This document shows positions 48,860 through 61,897 of a DNA stretch of 64,000 bases, one piece after another; the stretch's first letter is position 1; every line of letters begins with the position of its first letter. The translations under genes and the position numbers were made by a program. The notes below the pieces were generated by a model that saw nothing but the letters and a program-made list of their open reading frames with translations, searched no databases and was not told where the DNA came from. Where the stretch lies: the NCBI RefSeq assembly GCF_038025025.1, contig NW_027117349.1:930001-994000 (forward strand), read 5' to 3'. Origin of the DNA: Phyllosticta citribraziliensis (taxonomy: Eukaryota).

Positions 48860-50766
48860 ACACAAGTCCGACTACTCTCCTCGCATCATGACGCCTCACG
48901 ACATGGGTTCTCCTTTACGCAAACGAAACTGGCGCAGTAGAGTCTTCTTGCATGGACACGAATCATCGACCGCATGAACACTCAGCATTGCTTTTTCGAA
49001 ATCTGGCATTCTTGCCCACGACATGGCAAAACGGCGTTTTACTGGTGGCCTCATGGCGAACAAAAACTTGACATGAAACGCGAGCAAACCGATGCTGCCG
49101 CTTTGCGAACATTGAAATTGGACCCTCAAGGTCTGAATTCGATCTGCGTTTCATTGGTTGGTGGCTGGGAGTTTTCTTGGGCGTTTTGACGTTTTATTCT
49201 CCGAGTTCGTTACCCACGTTGTTGGCACCTTTTTTTTTTTTTTTTCCTTCCTTTTTTTTCGTTCCTGATAGCATGACCGGATCGGATCGGATGCTTTTTA
49301 GGGTTGGCAGCCTTTGCCTTGCCCCCTTTTCTTCCTTCCCCTTTCCCGTCTCGGCGGTATATTGCGTAGGGGGCTTGAATCCGCCGGCGGCGACAAGGAA
49401 CACCTATGACAGGGCAAGGCGTGCATGCTCATGGGAGCATCGTTCACGAACACGACGTCTCTCCTCCCATGCATCGGGTTCTTGCTGCCCTGACCTGGCC
49501 CCTTTTCTTCCTTTTCTCACTTGTTGTCCTTCACAGCCTCCCTTTTTTTTTCACTTCTTTTCTTCTTTTCCTTTTCCTCTCCCTCCTCCTCTCCCTCCCT
49601 TACTCCCTTTTTTCGTTTTTCGTCTTTACCCCGTCCTTCATAGTCTCGACTCGGCACGAATACCCCCCAAATGGACCGGACTGGACCGCCTTTCCGCCGG
49701 TCCATTATTAGCAGAAGTAGCAGTAGTTGTGGTAGCAGTAGCGGCAGTAGTTGTTGTATCGAACAAACCTTTTTCTCTGGCTTTTTTGATGTGCGTGGGA
49801 TGTGCTGTAGGTGATGGTAGGTGCCTATGGGGGACAATCTGAGGATCGAGGTATGAGATGTATGTGAGTGTGGGTACATAGGAAGGTAGGTACCTAGGAA
49901 TGCAGGTGGGGAGGTAGGTAGGAGGGTGGCAGGCTTTTCTAACATGACACCGATGATGCATATACGGTACTCCGTCGGCCATTTTGCTGCCGGTTTTGTT
50001 TGCTTCGTGGTGCGTGGTGGGTCGAGAGTGTTGCGGTGGCGTGCCGTGCTGCTGTGGACTCATAGGGCGGTTGCTCTCCCGACCGGTTCTTCAATCATGG
50101 TTGAGAATACAGGTACCTTATGTAGGGAAGGCCTGTGGAGTTGGTGCTTGTTGGAGGAGAAGAGAGAGAGAGAGTGATGGACGCGGAGCTAGGCGTGGTT
50201 GTTGCGGCGTTGAGCATGTCTGTCTATCTACCTTCCGCATGTGCCTATAGATATGTGCGTCTATAGGGATCTTACATTGATCCCAGCCATACCTTATACA
50301 CAAGGCACAATCACTTCTTCCGAGTGCCGACAGCTGTCTGCCGTGAAGCTCTGATTCACTGACTGATCACGTAGGTACATGCATGAATGTAGTAGATTGA
50401 TTGGTTTAAGAATTATTTGTCATCTTTTTTATGTGCTGTTTCTGATCTTTTGCTTCTACTTATTTGTGTATTGCTTTCTTTCTCTTTTTTCCGGGGGGTC
50501 GGAGTGCTTGCTAGCTAAATGCGTGCATGCCTCTCTCTGTGCCTACCTAGGTATTTTTCAGTCTGTCGTCGCCGTCTTCGGTCAAGATGTGGCGTGCGGA
50601 CAGAGTTGGACGCGTGCAGGGAGGGAGAGAGGTAGTTCTCAGGGCATGTGCTTGCTTCTCGCGCACACACACGACGCTACCTCCCCGCATTCTCACCTTC
50701 ACTCCTATTTCTCATTTCACTTTCTCAACACATCATCTCCGCCTGCGCACGCCGCTTGTCTCCCAC

Positions 50767-51906
50767 CTACGCATCACCGCTCTCCCGGTCCAACTCGGGA
50801 TAGTGTCTAAACATGCCGTCGCCGAACGGCAGACGGCGGTCGCTGGCAATGTAGGCGCTGACGGCGCCCTCGTCGTCCTTGATGCCCGGGTAGAACTTGG
50901 TGAAGATGTGCGGGTAGTCGGGCTTGCGGGCGGCGAGCTCGTTGGGGAAGGCGAAGAGGAGACTACAGGGTGCGTGGAGTGTGGTGTTAGCGAGTTGTCT
51001 GACTGCCTAGCTCTGCCTGTCTCTCTCTTCCTCACGGATACCGGGCCACTCTTACCCGTCAATGACTTGCCACCACACCAGGTCCGCATACGACAGCTTT
51101 TCGCCGACGGCGTAGCGGCCCTCTCCGCGCCTCCCATCTGCATCGACCGCGTTCCACGCGAGCACGGCCTCCAGGTGCGCGAGGAACTTGGGCAGGCGCG
51201 CGCTGCGGAAGTTGGCCGCGCGCCGCTTGGACTCGACAGTCTGATCTTCATAGTAGAACTCGACGCTGATGGGGTGATGGGAGTCGTGGGCCTCGACCGT
51301 CAGGTCCAGCGCCGTCAGCGCCAGCTGCCGCGCGTGCAGGTTCGCGGCGCTCTGCGGGGGCCCCGGCGCCAGGCCCAGCTCGTGGCCCAGGTACTCGACG
51401 ATGGAGGTTGTTTGCGAGATGATGAGGTCGTCGGAGGACGGGGGGCTGCCCTTGGTGGAGACGCGGAGGGCTGGCAGCGCGTAGATGGGTGGGTGCGGCT
51501 GGTCGGGCGACTTGGAGAGGATGGAGTAGACATCGTCTTTGGTTGCGTTGGACACGTCGACGTAGGGCGTTTGCGATGCTTCGAAGATGAGCCGGATGAA
51601 CTCGACGCGGCCGGGGATGGTTGGGTGGTAGAGCAGGTGGTATGTTTTGCCGTCTTGGTCTTTGGAGGTGCGGGCGCGCTTGGCGGAGGGCGGTGCGGCG
51701 GCCATTGTAGAGAGACGGTGGTCTGTAGAGCAATTGGTGGATTGGAGGAGGATGGCGGCTTGGGAGGATTTGGAGAGGGCACTAGGAGGTTGATATCTGT
51801 CAGGCGGGTGCGGGGGATGGGGGTGCAGTGACGTCAGCGAGAAGCGGAGCGTTTGTAAGCTGGTGCGGAATTGAAGTCGTAGTGCGGCGGAAGTGGGCCT
51901 GAGCAT
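50767..51906 (-). CDS. Glutathione S-transferase (two in-frame starts, 51906 and 51705)
   Basis: Exons 51906/51705-51056 and 50962-50767. Motifs LLYHPTIPGRVEFIRL, ISQTTSIVEYLG, EAHDSHHP, LSYADL, FRHYPELD. Confidence 0.9.
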
Positions 51907-52379
51907 TCAATGTTTGTTCTGGCAGGCGGAACAAGGGATGGATATTCGTGGAGATGTGTTGGTAGGCAGAGTAAGGCGGCGATGCGGAGGTTAGGTGGAG
52001 GTGGAGTCAGGGCGCTGCAGCCACGGCGGCGCCAACAATGAGGCGGAAACGCGCCCGGCGCGTCCATCGATGGAGCCGCCAGATGTTCAACTGGACGCGC
52101 CTTTGCTGACTCGGACGCGTCTCTGTCACGTTGGTCGCGATAAGATTGGCGTCTGATTCCACCCATTCGATTCGATTTCATCTGCACTTGACCCGCCCAC
52201 GCCGACGTCCACGGCAGCACCCACCGCACGCACCGGCCAGCACTTTATTTTGCGTCAGGTCTGCATCTGGTTGGCTCTGAGCTCCATTCACCTCCATCTC
52301 CCAAATCATACGTCCGCTTGCTGACGGACGCTCCTCTCATCCCCAACATTCAAGCCTGCCCCGCCGTCGACCGCCCATC

Positions 52380-54040
52380 ATGAACGGCTACGAAGACCGG
52401 TACATGCCCGCTCTCGAAGAGAAGCTCGACAGCTTCCGTAAGAGCGACCAAGAGCGGGAAGCTTTGCTGTTAGTACGTCAACCTTCCCTCTTCCCGTTCC
52501 AATGCACCAGCTGACGCTAGCCGCTGCCTCTAGGACATGGTGCGCGAGTACAGCCAGCTTAAGATGATGTACGACGAAAAGTGCAGCGACTATGACAACG
52601 AGGCTCAATCCCGGCGATATTGGCAGACCCAGTTGGGAAACCTCAATAGACAGCTCGTCATGATGCGCCAGGAAGCCGATAACAATCCCTTCGTCCTAGC
52701 CCTTATTGACGGCGACGGCGCTATCTTCCAAGACGCCTTTCTCAAGGCCGCTGCCGCCGGCGGCTCCGACGCTGCCCATAAGTTGCTGTCGGAAATTAGG
52801 AATCACGTACTTGACGTCTATGAGGGAGCCGCCGGCTCGTGGTCCATCATGGTCCAGATATACGCCAACTTTGATGGACTTAGCAGAAAGCTAACGTCGG
52901 TGGGCATTCTCAAGTCCCCGGCCGAGTTCTACGCCTTTGCCCGTGCCTTTACTCTCAACCAGCCGCTGTTCAACATGATTGACGTGGGCAGCGGCAAAGA
53001 GAGGGCCGACCACAAGATTAGGGGTATGCAGTCACGTCCTTGGGCGGTCATTGGTCCTAATAGAGTTTAGAAATGCTGCGCCTGTTTGTGACCAACGTGC
53101 AATGCAAGCACGTACTCTTCGGCGGATGTCATGATAATGGCTACATTCCTAATCTCGAGTGGGTGGATTGAGCTCGAGGTTTCTTACCTACATAGCTAAC
53201 GTGCAGCAGGCCTTACAAGCACGATTCCAAGCTGTCCAAGCAGTTTTCGCTGTTGGAGACGACTCCGGCCCAGCCTGGATTCCATGCTCTTAACCTCAAG
53301 GTTGTCAAGTTTGACTCTGTCTTTCGCGACGACGAGCTGCCCGAGCGAATCGAGAGAGTTGTGACTCAACCGCCGCCACAGCCGTCGGCCCCGCAGACTA
53401 CGCTCCCAGTTAGGCAAAACTCGTCGCCAGTGACTACAATGGCCTCGCCTCAGCAAACAACGTCCCCGGTGGCCAATGCCCGAAGCGAGACGCCTACCAG
53501 CGGCAACGCGTCTTGGGCTACTTTGAGCAAGGCTGGGGTCCAAGGCAGAACCATTTCGATTGCTCCGACCAAGCCCGCTCAGCGCAAGTTTGTGTTGCTC
53601 AATGCCTATGACCAGCGATTGGACGAGAGGCTGCCCAAGTATGACCGGCTGACGATGGAACGATTCCACGCGAGGATTGCCAAGCAGAAGCTCTGCAACG
53701 AGTACCATCTCAAGGGCACGTGCTCTGCTGGAAGCCCTTGCCCCTATGCGCACGGAGAGAAGCTCAGCGTCAGCGACAAGTTGATGCTTCAGCACAAGGC
53801 GCGCTCTCTCCAGTGCATTGCGTCGTCGGATTGCCGCAATCCCAGCTGCTTCATGGGACACCACTGCGCGTACGACGATGGGGCCTGTCCTAGGGGTGAC
53901 AGCTGCTACTTTTATTACACTCATGACATGGATAGGGTGAGTGGATCGGTGGAGTGGGTGGATCTAGGCTGACATGAATCCAGAACCCGGCGATGAAGCA
54001 GTACGAGGACGGAGAGGTGGAAATCCTCGGTCGACACTAG
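52380..54040 (+). CDS. CCCH zinc-finger protein with N-terminal coiled coil and alpha/beta (NYN/PIN-like?) domain
   Basis: Exons 52380-52472, 52534-53023, 53071-53158, 53210-53936, 53984-54040. Fingers CNEYHLKGTCSAGSPCPYAH, CIASSDCRNPSCFMGH and CAYDDGACPRGDSCYFYYTH. Confidence 0.88.
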
Positions 54041-55373
54041 AGTATACGTGATTGGCGGGAGGTTAAAGTATTTGGGGGAAGGGAGTTGTGGAGAAGATTG
54101 CAAAAGCCGAGTGTCGCAGGATAGCTGGGTGGTAGATTTGATAGATGTATTAATCAATGGCATGGTGAGTAGTAGATGTGTCGCTCCATTCAGGGGCAAG
54201 GTGGTTTTAAAACAGCACGTCGAGCGCTCTGTGGTGTCTGTCGTGTGCCTAATGTAGGTATGGAATAGTAACGGACCCGGGGCAATGGTTCGGGGTGGGC
54301 CGTCCGTGTGCAACGCAGCCAGTGGAGTGGACACCATGTCGGGCCCCGGATCCAAGTCTTTCCGTGACAGCACGGGCAGCCAGGACCACGGCAGGACAGG
54401 ACCGAGACGGACCAAAAGCGGAGGGCAGTCAGAGGTTGGTGGAGGCGAGGAGAAAAGAAAAGAGCCGACGGCCGTCATCGTCTCAGAATGATGGTGGTTT
54501 GATGGTTTCATGGCGTGCCGGCCCTTCGGCTGTTGGCTGCTTGTGGAATGGCACCATGGCAAGGCGTGCGGCTGAGGCACCGCGTCCAAGCCAACGTCCA
54601 AGCCCTCCAAGCAGGACAAGCAGGACAAGCACGACGCGGTTTTTTCTTTCTTTGCTTCGCTTCGCCTTGGGGCTCCGTGGCATTGATGGTCGAAAGCCGG
54701 CACGGTTGGCGCCGTCATGGACCACACCTCACTCAAGGAAGACCAGTCGTCGACGGCACATGCAGACCAGACCGGACGTCAACACCACGACGACGACCAG
54801 ACGTCGGCTGCGCGGCAGGGCCGAGGGTCCCTTGAGTCCTTGACAGGTCGACGGACGTTGCCGCCTACCGCCCACGGCTCGGGGTGCCGCATGTCGGAGT
54901 CGACGATCCGACTGGCTGATCTGCCTCCAGCTGCGTCGTCGACTGCCGATGCCAAAACGATCAAAGCTCCCTACGGCCATCGCTCGGTAACGTAGCTGCA
55001 GCCCATCTGTACAATGCTTCCAGGAAGTCCAAGCCACATCTTTTCAACACTACCGTACATCTTTTATGCCCTCCCGCTCTCGGCTCGCTCGCTGCGCCAT
55101 GGTACTCTTGTCTTTGACTTAGTCGCCGTCGCTCGCGCCCAGTCCACCTAGCTGCCGTCGATCCTCTTCCCACCAAGGGCCATCTCCTTCTGTTTCCCTC
55201 TCTTGCTCCGAGTCAATCACTCCCAATGTCCGCTTCCCACATGGCACCGTAGCCCTCTTGCTAGTCCGCCTTTGTCTCTGCCCTGCTGCCCCCCCGCTTC
55301 TTCGCAGAAAATTACCACTTTGCATTTCTTCTAAACCATTCCTTCCTTTCCAATCCCATACGTAGCATAGGTC

Positions 55374-57152
55374 ATGCTGTGGATCCTCCTCGTGGCCGTG
55401 GCCTTGGCTGCCCTCTACCTCCAGCATCGCAAGCTCACGGCCACCAAACGCCTGCTCGACGACCTGCCCTGGGTCGGCCTCGATCGAAACCAATGGTTCG
55501 CCAGGGGCCGCGCCCATCTAAGAGAGGCCACTAAGAGCTGGGAATTGTTGCTCGAGGGCTACGAAAAGGTACGTTTCCTCTTTTGATGCTCCCGGTGGAA
55601 AGACCACCCTTGGCGCTCTTCAGCACGTGCTGATAAGCGGCGTAGTGGAGCAAGCAAGACAAGACCTTTGTCATTCCTCACCTGTCGTTTCGACCCGAGG
55701 CCATTCTCGCTCAATCTCACATCCCCTGGTTGATGAAGCAGGGCGAGGAAATTTTGAGCACAAAACCCGCCCAGGTCTCTCTTACCGAGCTCGAATGGCT
55801 GGCTCCGCCCGAAATCCACGAAAATGCTCTCCACGAGGAAGTCATTCGGAAAGACTTGACCCGTCATCTTGGAATGCTGACAGAAGACATTAACAAAGCT
55901 GTAATCGAAAGCATTGACTTGATCTGGGGCATGGATCCCGAGTGGAGGCAAATCAACGCCGTCGAAACCATTTACGAAATTATTATCCGCATCTCAAACG
56001 CCATTTTCCTCGGGGACCCGGTGTACCAACAAGACTTTTACCGCGACCGCGTACGAGGCTTCGCCAATGCCTTTATTTTTTCCGTCACGAGCATCAAGTC
56101 GCTGCTCCCTGACATTCTCCGCCCCATCATCGCCCCAATCTTGGCCTTTCCTGCCAAGTATTGCATGAACAAATGCCATCAATTCCTGGGCCCCGTCATA
56201 GAAGAGCGCCTCGCGGTTTTGCGGCGAAAGCAATTAGACCCGGCAAACAAGGAGCCCGAACGAGAAGACTTTATCCAATGGATGACGCGCAGTGCCTTTT
56301 CGCAACCGTCTGGCCGTGAAGCCGACTCCAAACTCATATGCACGCGCATCATCCTCATGGAAACAACCGCCATCCACACGTCCACATCGACAGTGGCCAA
56401 CACGCTCATCGACCTCGTCTCTAGCCCACCCGAGCACCAATACCTCGAAGGCATCCGCTCGCAATCGCTCCAGATCTTCCGCCAAGACGGCCATCGGTGG
56501 ACGCAAGCGGGAATTCGGCGCCTTAACCGGGCGGACTCGGCCATTCGCGAGTCGCTGCGCTACTCGGGATTTGCGGCGCGTGGCGCCAAGCGGCAAGTCA
56601 CGGCGCCAGGGGGCGTCACGCTGCCGGATGGCACCCATCTGCCGCAGCACGCGTGGCTGTCGATACCCGTGGCTGCCATACATTTCGACGAGCGCTTCTA
56701 CCCCGATCCACGTCGCTACGACGCGTTCCGGTTCAGTGATGCAAGGGAAGAAATGGTCGAGGCGTTGAGGCGGCGGCCAGGGGGGCAGGCGGAGCTGTAT
56801 GAGATTTTGCAGGAAAGGAGATTGAGTGTGAGCACGACGAGTGATGCGTTTGTGCCGTTTGGTCACGGCAGACATAGCTGGTGAGTTCCCTCGTTCTACT
56901 CAGCGTGAAGTGTGAACCATGAACCGGTTGGATTGACGCGTCTCCAGCCCTGGCCGCTTCTTCGCCGCCCAGATGCTCAAGCTCCTCATCGCGTACATTA
57001 CCATCCACTACGACATTGAGCGGCTGCCCGAGCGGCCCAAGAGCGCGGCGCTGAGCGACTTTTCGGCGCCCCCGCAGAGCTGCAAGTTCAAGATTCGCCG
57101 TCGGACAAAGGCTGAAATCGACGCGGATGTGGATGAGGAGACGCCGGTCTGA
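55374..57152 (+). CDS. Cytochrome P450 monooxygenase (ent-kaurene-oxidase-like fungal group)
   Basis: Exons 55374-55568, 55646-56880, 56948-57152. N-terminal anchor, AIHTS I-helix, ESLR (ExxR), YDAFRF, heme motif FGHGRHS-C-PGRFFA with the Cys codon split by intron 2. Confidence 0.93.
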
Positions 57153-58894
57153 TTTCCCCTCCGACTAAAAGGGGGACAGCCCGGCGTTTCAACTGGCATT
57201 GCTCTTTCGCGGAATGGAGATGGACGACGGCCACTCCGCCCCACGCTTTAGTACCGTTGAGATTGGGGAGAATAGTCCCAGGAGTGCCAGGAAGGCGTCC
57301 TACTGCTGGCACAGAGCCCGCGGACATGGTCCGCTCGCCGTCCATCCCGTTCGTTGCGCAGGCGTTTACTTCCGGGATGGTATTGAGGGTTCTGTCGACT
57401 GTTCGATCGCTCGCCGGTACTCCTCCGCCTTGCCAGCCACAGCTGGGGCTCGTGGTCTACGTTCTGCCATCTCGCATGACTTTGCCCGGTCCGTCGATGT
57501 CGATTGATGGAGTACGCGCTTACAATGCGCGGCGACGACGTGATCGTCGTACTCTTCCTTCCGCGGCGTCCCTGTCTACCGGCTCTCTCTCCTCCTCCCC
57601 TTTCTCCCTTCTTCTCTCCACCCGCCTCTTTTCTGTACATGCCTTGTCGCTCGTCCCTCATCCTGTATCTTCTGTACACTGACTGTTGGCTGTTATTGCA
57701 TCACATTGTTTGTTTTGGCTACCGTTGCTGAGGGATACCCCATGTTCTCTTCTCCTTTTTTCTGTCTTCTCTTCTCTTCTCCCATTCCTCCCCGTCCTCG
57801 TCCTCGTACTTCATCTTGTCTCATCTTCCGTCTTTTGTACGTAGTCTTGGAGACAAACGCGGCAGCGCAGTACTTTTGGACACTGCTGCCTCGTGGGCTT
57901 GGCTCATTTGGTTCTGCCACCGACCGATACTGCTGCACGCACGCATCCTCCTGTTAGAAAACACCTATCTTGCGCGGCTGGACGCGGATAGATGGCGCGG
58001 GTGCATTTGACAGGCAACGCAAGGCAAGGCGGCATGGCCTTGGCATGTTGAGCAATTTCGTCTGTCTCTGTCTCTGTCTCTGCGATGGCTCTACCTATTT
58101 CTCTACCTCTCTACCTACCTTTCTCCCTACTGACCTACCTGTGTACCTCTCTTTCTGCCACGACGCCGCGCTTGCTTGTATCCATCTCATCTGTATCCAT
58201 TCATGTGCGCATCTTCGTATGTATGCTTGTTTGTAAGGTTGTATGTATGGTGTAAGTGTGGTGTAAGCGTGGGCTAGTAGATTGGTCGCCGCTTGGCTCA
58301 AGTCAACTCGTCTCGTCTCGTCTTGTCTTTGATCGGATGGATCAAGAATGTTGGATTGCCGGATTACTGGACTACTGGATCGTTGGGTTGTTGGACGCAG
58401 TGTGCTGTATGTATGTATGTATGGCTGGCTGGCTGTATCGACTGTATTGTAATGCTCTGTGCCGTGTGTATGGATCTACGTATGTAGCTGAATCAAGACG
58501 TCACTGAGCTAGCTGTACATGATATACCTTTACCACACGCAATCCTCCATTCGTGTCTCGTATGCGGCGAGTGGGTGTGCGACGTGCGGAAAATGAGAGC
58601 AGGGCAGGGGGCAGGGCAGGGTGGAGCGGAGCGGAGCGGGGCGGAGCGTAACTGTGCGCCGAGTGTCGGCGACCGGGACGTCTGAGATCTGACGCAGCAG
58701 CGCATGAGGTGCGGGAAAAGCTTCAACCTCGGCGGCTCTCTCTTGTCCTGCCTACATACCGAACCATACGGACAGGCGCCTACATACCACCTCTCCACCT
58801 CCACACCTTCCTCTCTCGACCTACCTAGACCTCTCTCGAATCCTCCCCACCAACCCAAACCCAACCTCACAACGACACAGAGAGAGAGAGCGCA

Positions 58895-59441
58895 ATGTCG
58901 CGCCTCTTCTGGCTCCTCGGCTCGCTCAGCGGCGCCACGGGCGTCGCGCTGGGCGCTTTCGGCGCCCATGGCCTCAAGAACCGCATCAAGGACCCGGCCA
59001 AACTGCAGAGCTGGGGCACCGCGGCGCACTATCAGGTACGTCTGCTCGCTAGAGCCTAGCGGCCGAAAAGACGAGGGAAGAGGGATGAGAAGAACGGCGA
59101 GCGAGAAGAAGGGAGAGAGAAGATGAGAAGAAGAAGAGAGAAGCAGACGCTCGCTCGCTCGCCACGCTCGCTCGCGCATTGGCTCACTGACGTTCGCCAA
59201 ACAGCTCGTCCACTCGACCGCGCTCCTCGTCGCGACGTACGCCGCGCCGCAGAACAAACTCGCCATGGGGCTTTTCGGCGCCGGGATAACGCTGTTTAGC
59301 GGCAGCATCTACCTGCTGGTGCTCTGGCCGGAGCGGTTTAGGAAGTTGGGCCCGCTGACGCCCGTGGGTGGTTTGTGTTTGATTGCGGGGTGGTTGGCGC
59401 TGGGGCTGGGGAGGAGGGGGGTGCCGTTGGGTGCGCGGTAG
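58895..59441 (+). CDS. TMEM256: DUF423/TMEM256-family small membrane protein
   Basis: Exons 58895-59035 and 59205-59441. Motifs GVALGAFGAHGL, WGTAAHYQLVHS, LFSGSIY, LGPLTPVGG. Confidence 0.92.
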
Positions 59442-59717
59442 AGAGAGGAAAGATGGAGGGAGGGGAGGAAAGGAGGGGATTGAGAGAGGGCATGGCACGG
59501 CGAATTGGTCAATGGCATGAGAGGCTGGCTTGAATTTGATGGTATTGTACTCCAGTGACTACGGTGTCCGAACCAGATCCCACATTCCAGTGGGGGGCCC
59601 CATTTTTTGCATGATGATGCAGTCGACATGAACTCCAGCGCCAAGTCGAATCATTCATCCACCCTCTTTCCTTCTCAACCCATCATCCCATCACCGACGA
59701 CTTCGCCGCGAAGCAGC

Positions 59718-60596
59718 TTACAAGTCAGCGGCAGACGACTGCGGGAACTCGAAGTTGACGCCCTTGCCGGTCAGGCGCTTGTAGACCTCGGCGTACGTGT
59801 CGAGGCGGTAGTCGACGCCGCCGCGCTCCTTCTCGTCGAGGATGATCTTGAGGATCTTGGAGCTGTCCTCGCGCGTGCGGATGCGCTTGCCGACGATCTC
59901 GACGGGGTAGACGAGGTCGTGCAGGATGGCGTCGTGGACGGCCGTCAGGGTGCGCGAGCGGGGGCGCTTCTGCGTCTGGTTGCTGCGCGAGCGGTTGCTG
60001 CGCTTGGGGCGCGGCAGGATGCGGCGCGACGCGATGATCAGCACGTGGCGGTCCGAGAACTTCTTCTCGAGCTCGCGGGTGATGCTGGGGGTGGGATTAG
60101 CGCCAAAAAGCAGAAATTTGGATTCGTGACGAGTGCTTACCGCTGCTGCACCTTGTGCCAGCCAGAGAGGAGAGGGACGGGGACGAAGATGACAATGGCC
60201 TTCCTGCCGTGGCCGACCTCGATCTATAAGATTCCTGGTGTCAGCAAGCTGCCGCCCAGTGCCCAAGCGCCTCTTCGATGTATTTGACTTCTTTCGGCCC
60301 CACAAGCAGGATTTGTGTCCCAAAGGAAGGAATATCGGTGGTAGGCTCCCCGGCCATGCGAGGGTGTTGATTCATCTTACCTCGCGAGCGGAAACGAACT
60401 GGAGGGGCCTGAGAGCGGCGCGGAGGTCGGGGATGTTGGCCTCGAGGTCGGCAATGGCGCCAGCGACGCTGGTCTCGATCTCAGAGGGGTTTTGGCTGGT
60501 GTTGCTGTCAGTAAAGAAAATTTCGACTTGCCCGTGGAGACGAGGCAAAGCTTACCGGGAGGGCGAGTTCGCCGCAATCTTAGCGAGGGAGGCCAT
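59718..60596 (-). CDS. RPS7: 40S ribosomal protein eS7
   Basis: Exons 60596-60556, 60495-60381, 60223-60141, 60084-59718. Motifs [36 protein letters not shown]. Confidence 0.97.
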
Positions 60597-61897
60597 CTTG
60601 ATGGATCTGGCTGGCTGGAGGGACGGTGGTGCAGTTGAGAGTCGTCGTCGCTGTCAAGGTAGGAGAGAGAGGTGTTGAGCGGGTGGTTGTTCATTGTGCG
60701 CGCTAGTAAATACGCTAGTGCATACGTGGTTAGTGTGTCAGGCTAGCGCCGAGTGATTCGCGTATTCAAGCCCTGCTATCCCTGCGAACCATCAACCACA
60801 GCCAACGCTTTGGAGAGACACTTTAAAACTCTATTTCCTGATGGCAGAATGTTGGGAGACAGCTTATCAAATCAGGGGACTCAGTCAAAATCAGAGACCC
60901 TTCTGATGAATGTCAAGGTGTCACAAACGACCAATTGACCAATCAAATCAAACTGCCCAACAAGTTGCTACCCTACAGATTACATCCAACAGAGCTACAA
61001 GAAGGAGCGCAGGTAAGGAAGAAGAGAACAATACAAGTTGGAGAAATGTAATGAATAGATAGAAAGTCCATTCGCCTCTGTGCTGGCCATCATGCCGCGG
61101 TGCAGACAGACACGCAAGAGGGAGGCTGAATAAGTGAGCAAAGGAAGACAAAAGAAGGCATGCACAATGGTGGAGACCACAGCCGAAATTCGATAGTCAC
61201 TAGTCACCCAGGACTTACTATCCAAGACTAGCGTCCATGGATAATTCGGGACCGTCGAGCCAAGGAAACGGGAGGAGACCGGAAAGGCAAAGATTGAAGT
61301 GGTTGGAAAGTGGTGTCCAGCACCTCGAGACGAAAAGGCCCATCCACTTGGTTTGGTAGAAGGCAGGTGGAATGAAACTCACGACAGGTGGTTGTGCACA
61401 TAGGAAAAGTTTGAAAGAGCGAATGGAGACAGTTGTTGTTAAAGTAGTTGACAACCAACTGGAAGAAAAATGTCTTAATGATGGATCCGTCCTCACCCGC
61501 CGCCGCGCCGGGCAGGGCAGGGCAGGAGGCAAGACTGGAAACAAGAGAAAATATCACCGTCTATCGAAGAATGAAAATCAAAGCGAAGGTCTGTTTTCTC
61601 CCTTTGAGCTCGCCGGACCCAATGCAGAAACACAAACAATACTCCCCATGAAAGAACAGTTTAAGCAGTGGTCCCCATGAAAAGAAGAAGCAAGAAAAGA
61701 CAGGGGACATTACATGGTCTTGAAAAAAACAAAGCAATGGTGGTTGCTTGAAGCACAGACGCGCGAGCGTGTTGTAGAAGCCAAAGAAACCAAAGAAACT
61801 CCATGCTCTCGAATGTACGCCATGCAGTGATCTCGCCATGGTCTTGGTGCTGTCAACGCCGTGCAAAAAAGATCAAACGCCCTCAATGAATACCTGG

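Noticed and set aside
50587..51831. 414-aa + strand ORF
   Set aside because: Antisense to the GST gene; non-ATG start; no recognisable domain.
53921..54843. 271-aa and 182-aa ORFs between the CCCH and P450 genes
   Set aside because: Low-complexity translations with no domain signal; probably 3' UTR or promoter sequence.
60224..60380. RPS7 intron 2 as snoRNA host
   Set aside because: Longer than its neighbours, but no convincing C/D or H/ACA box pair.
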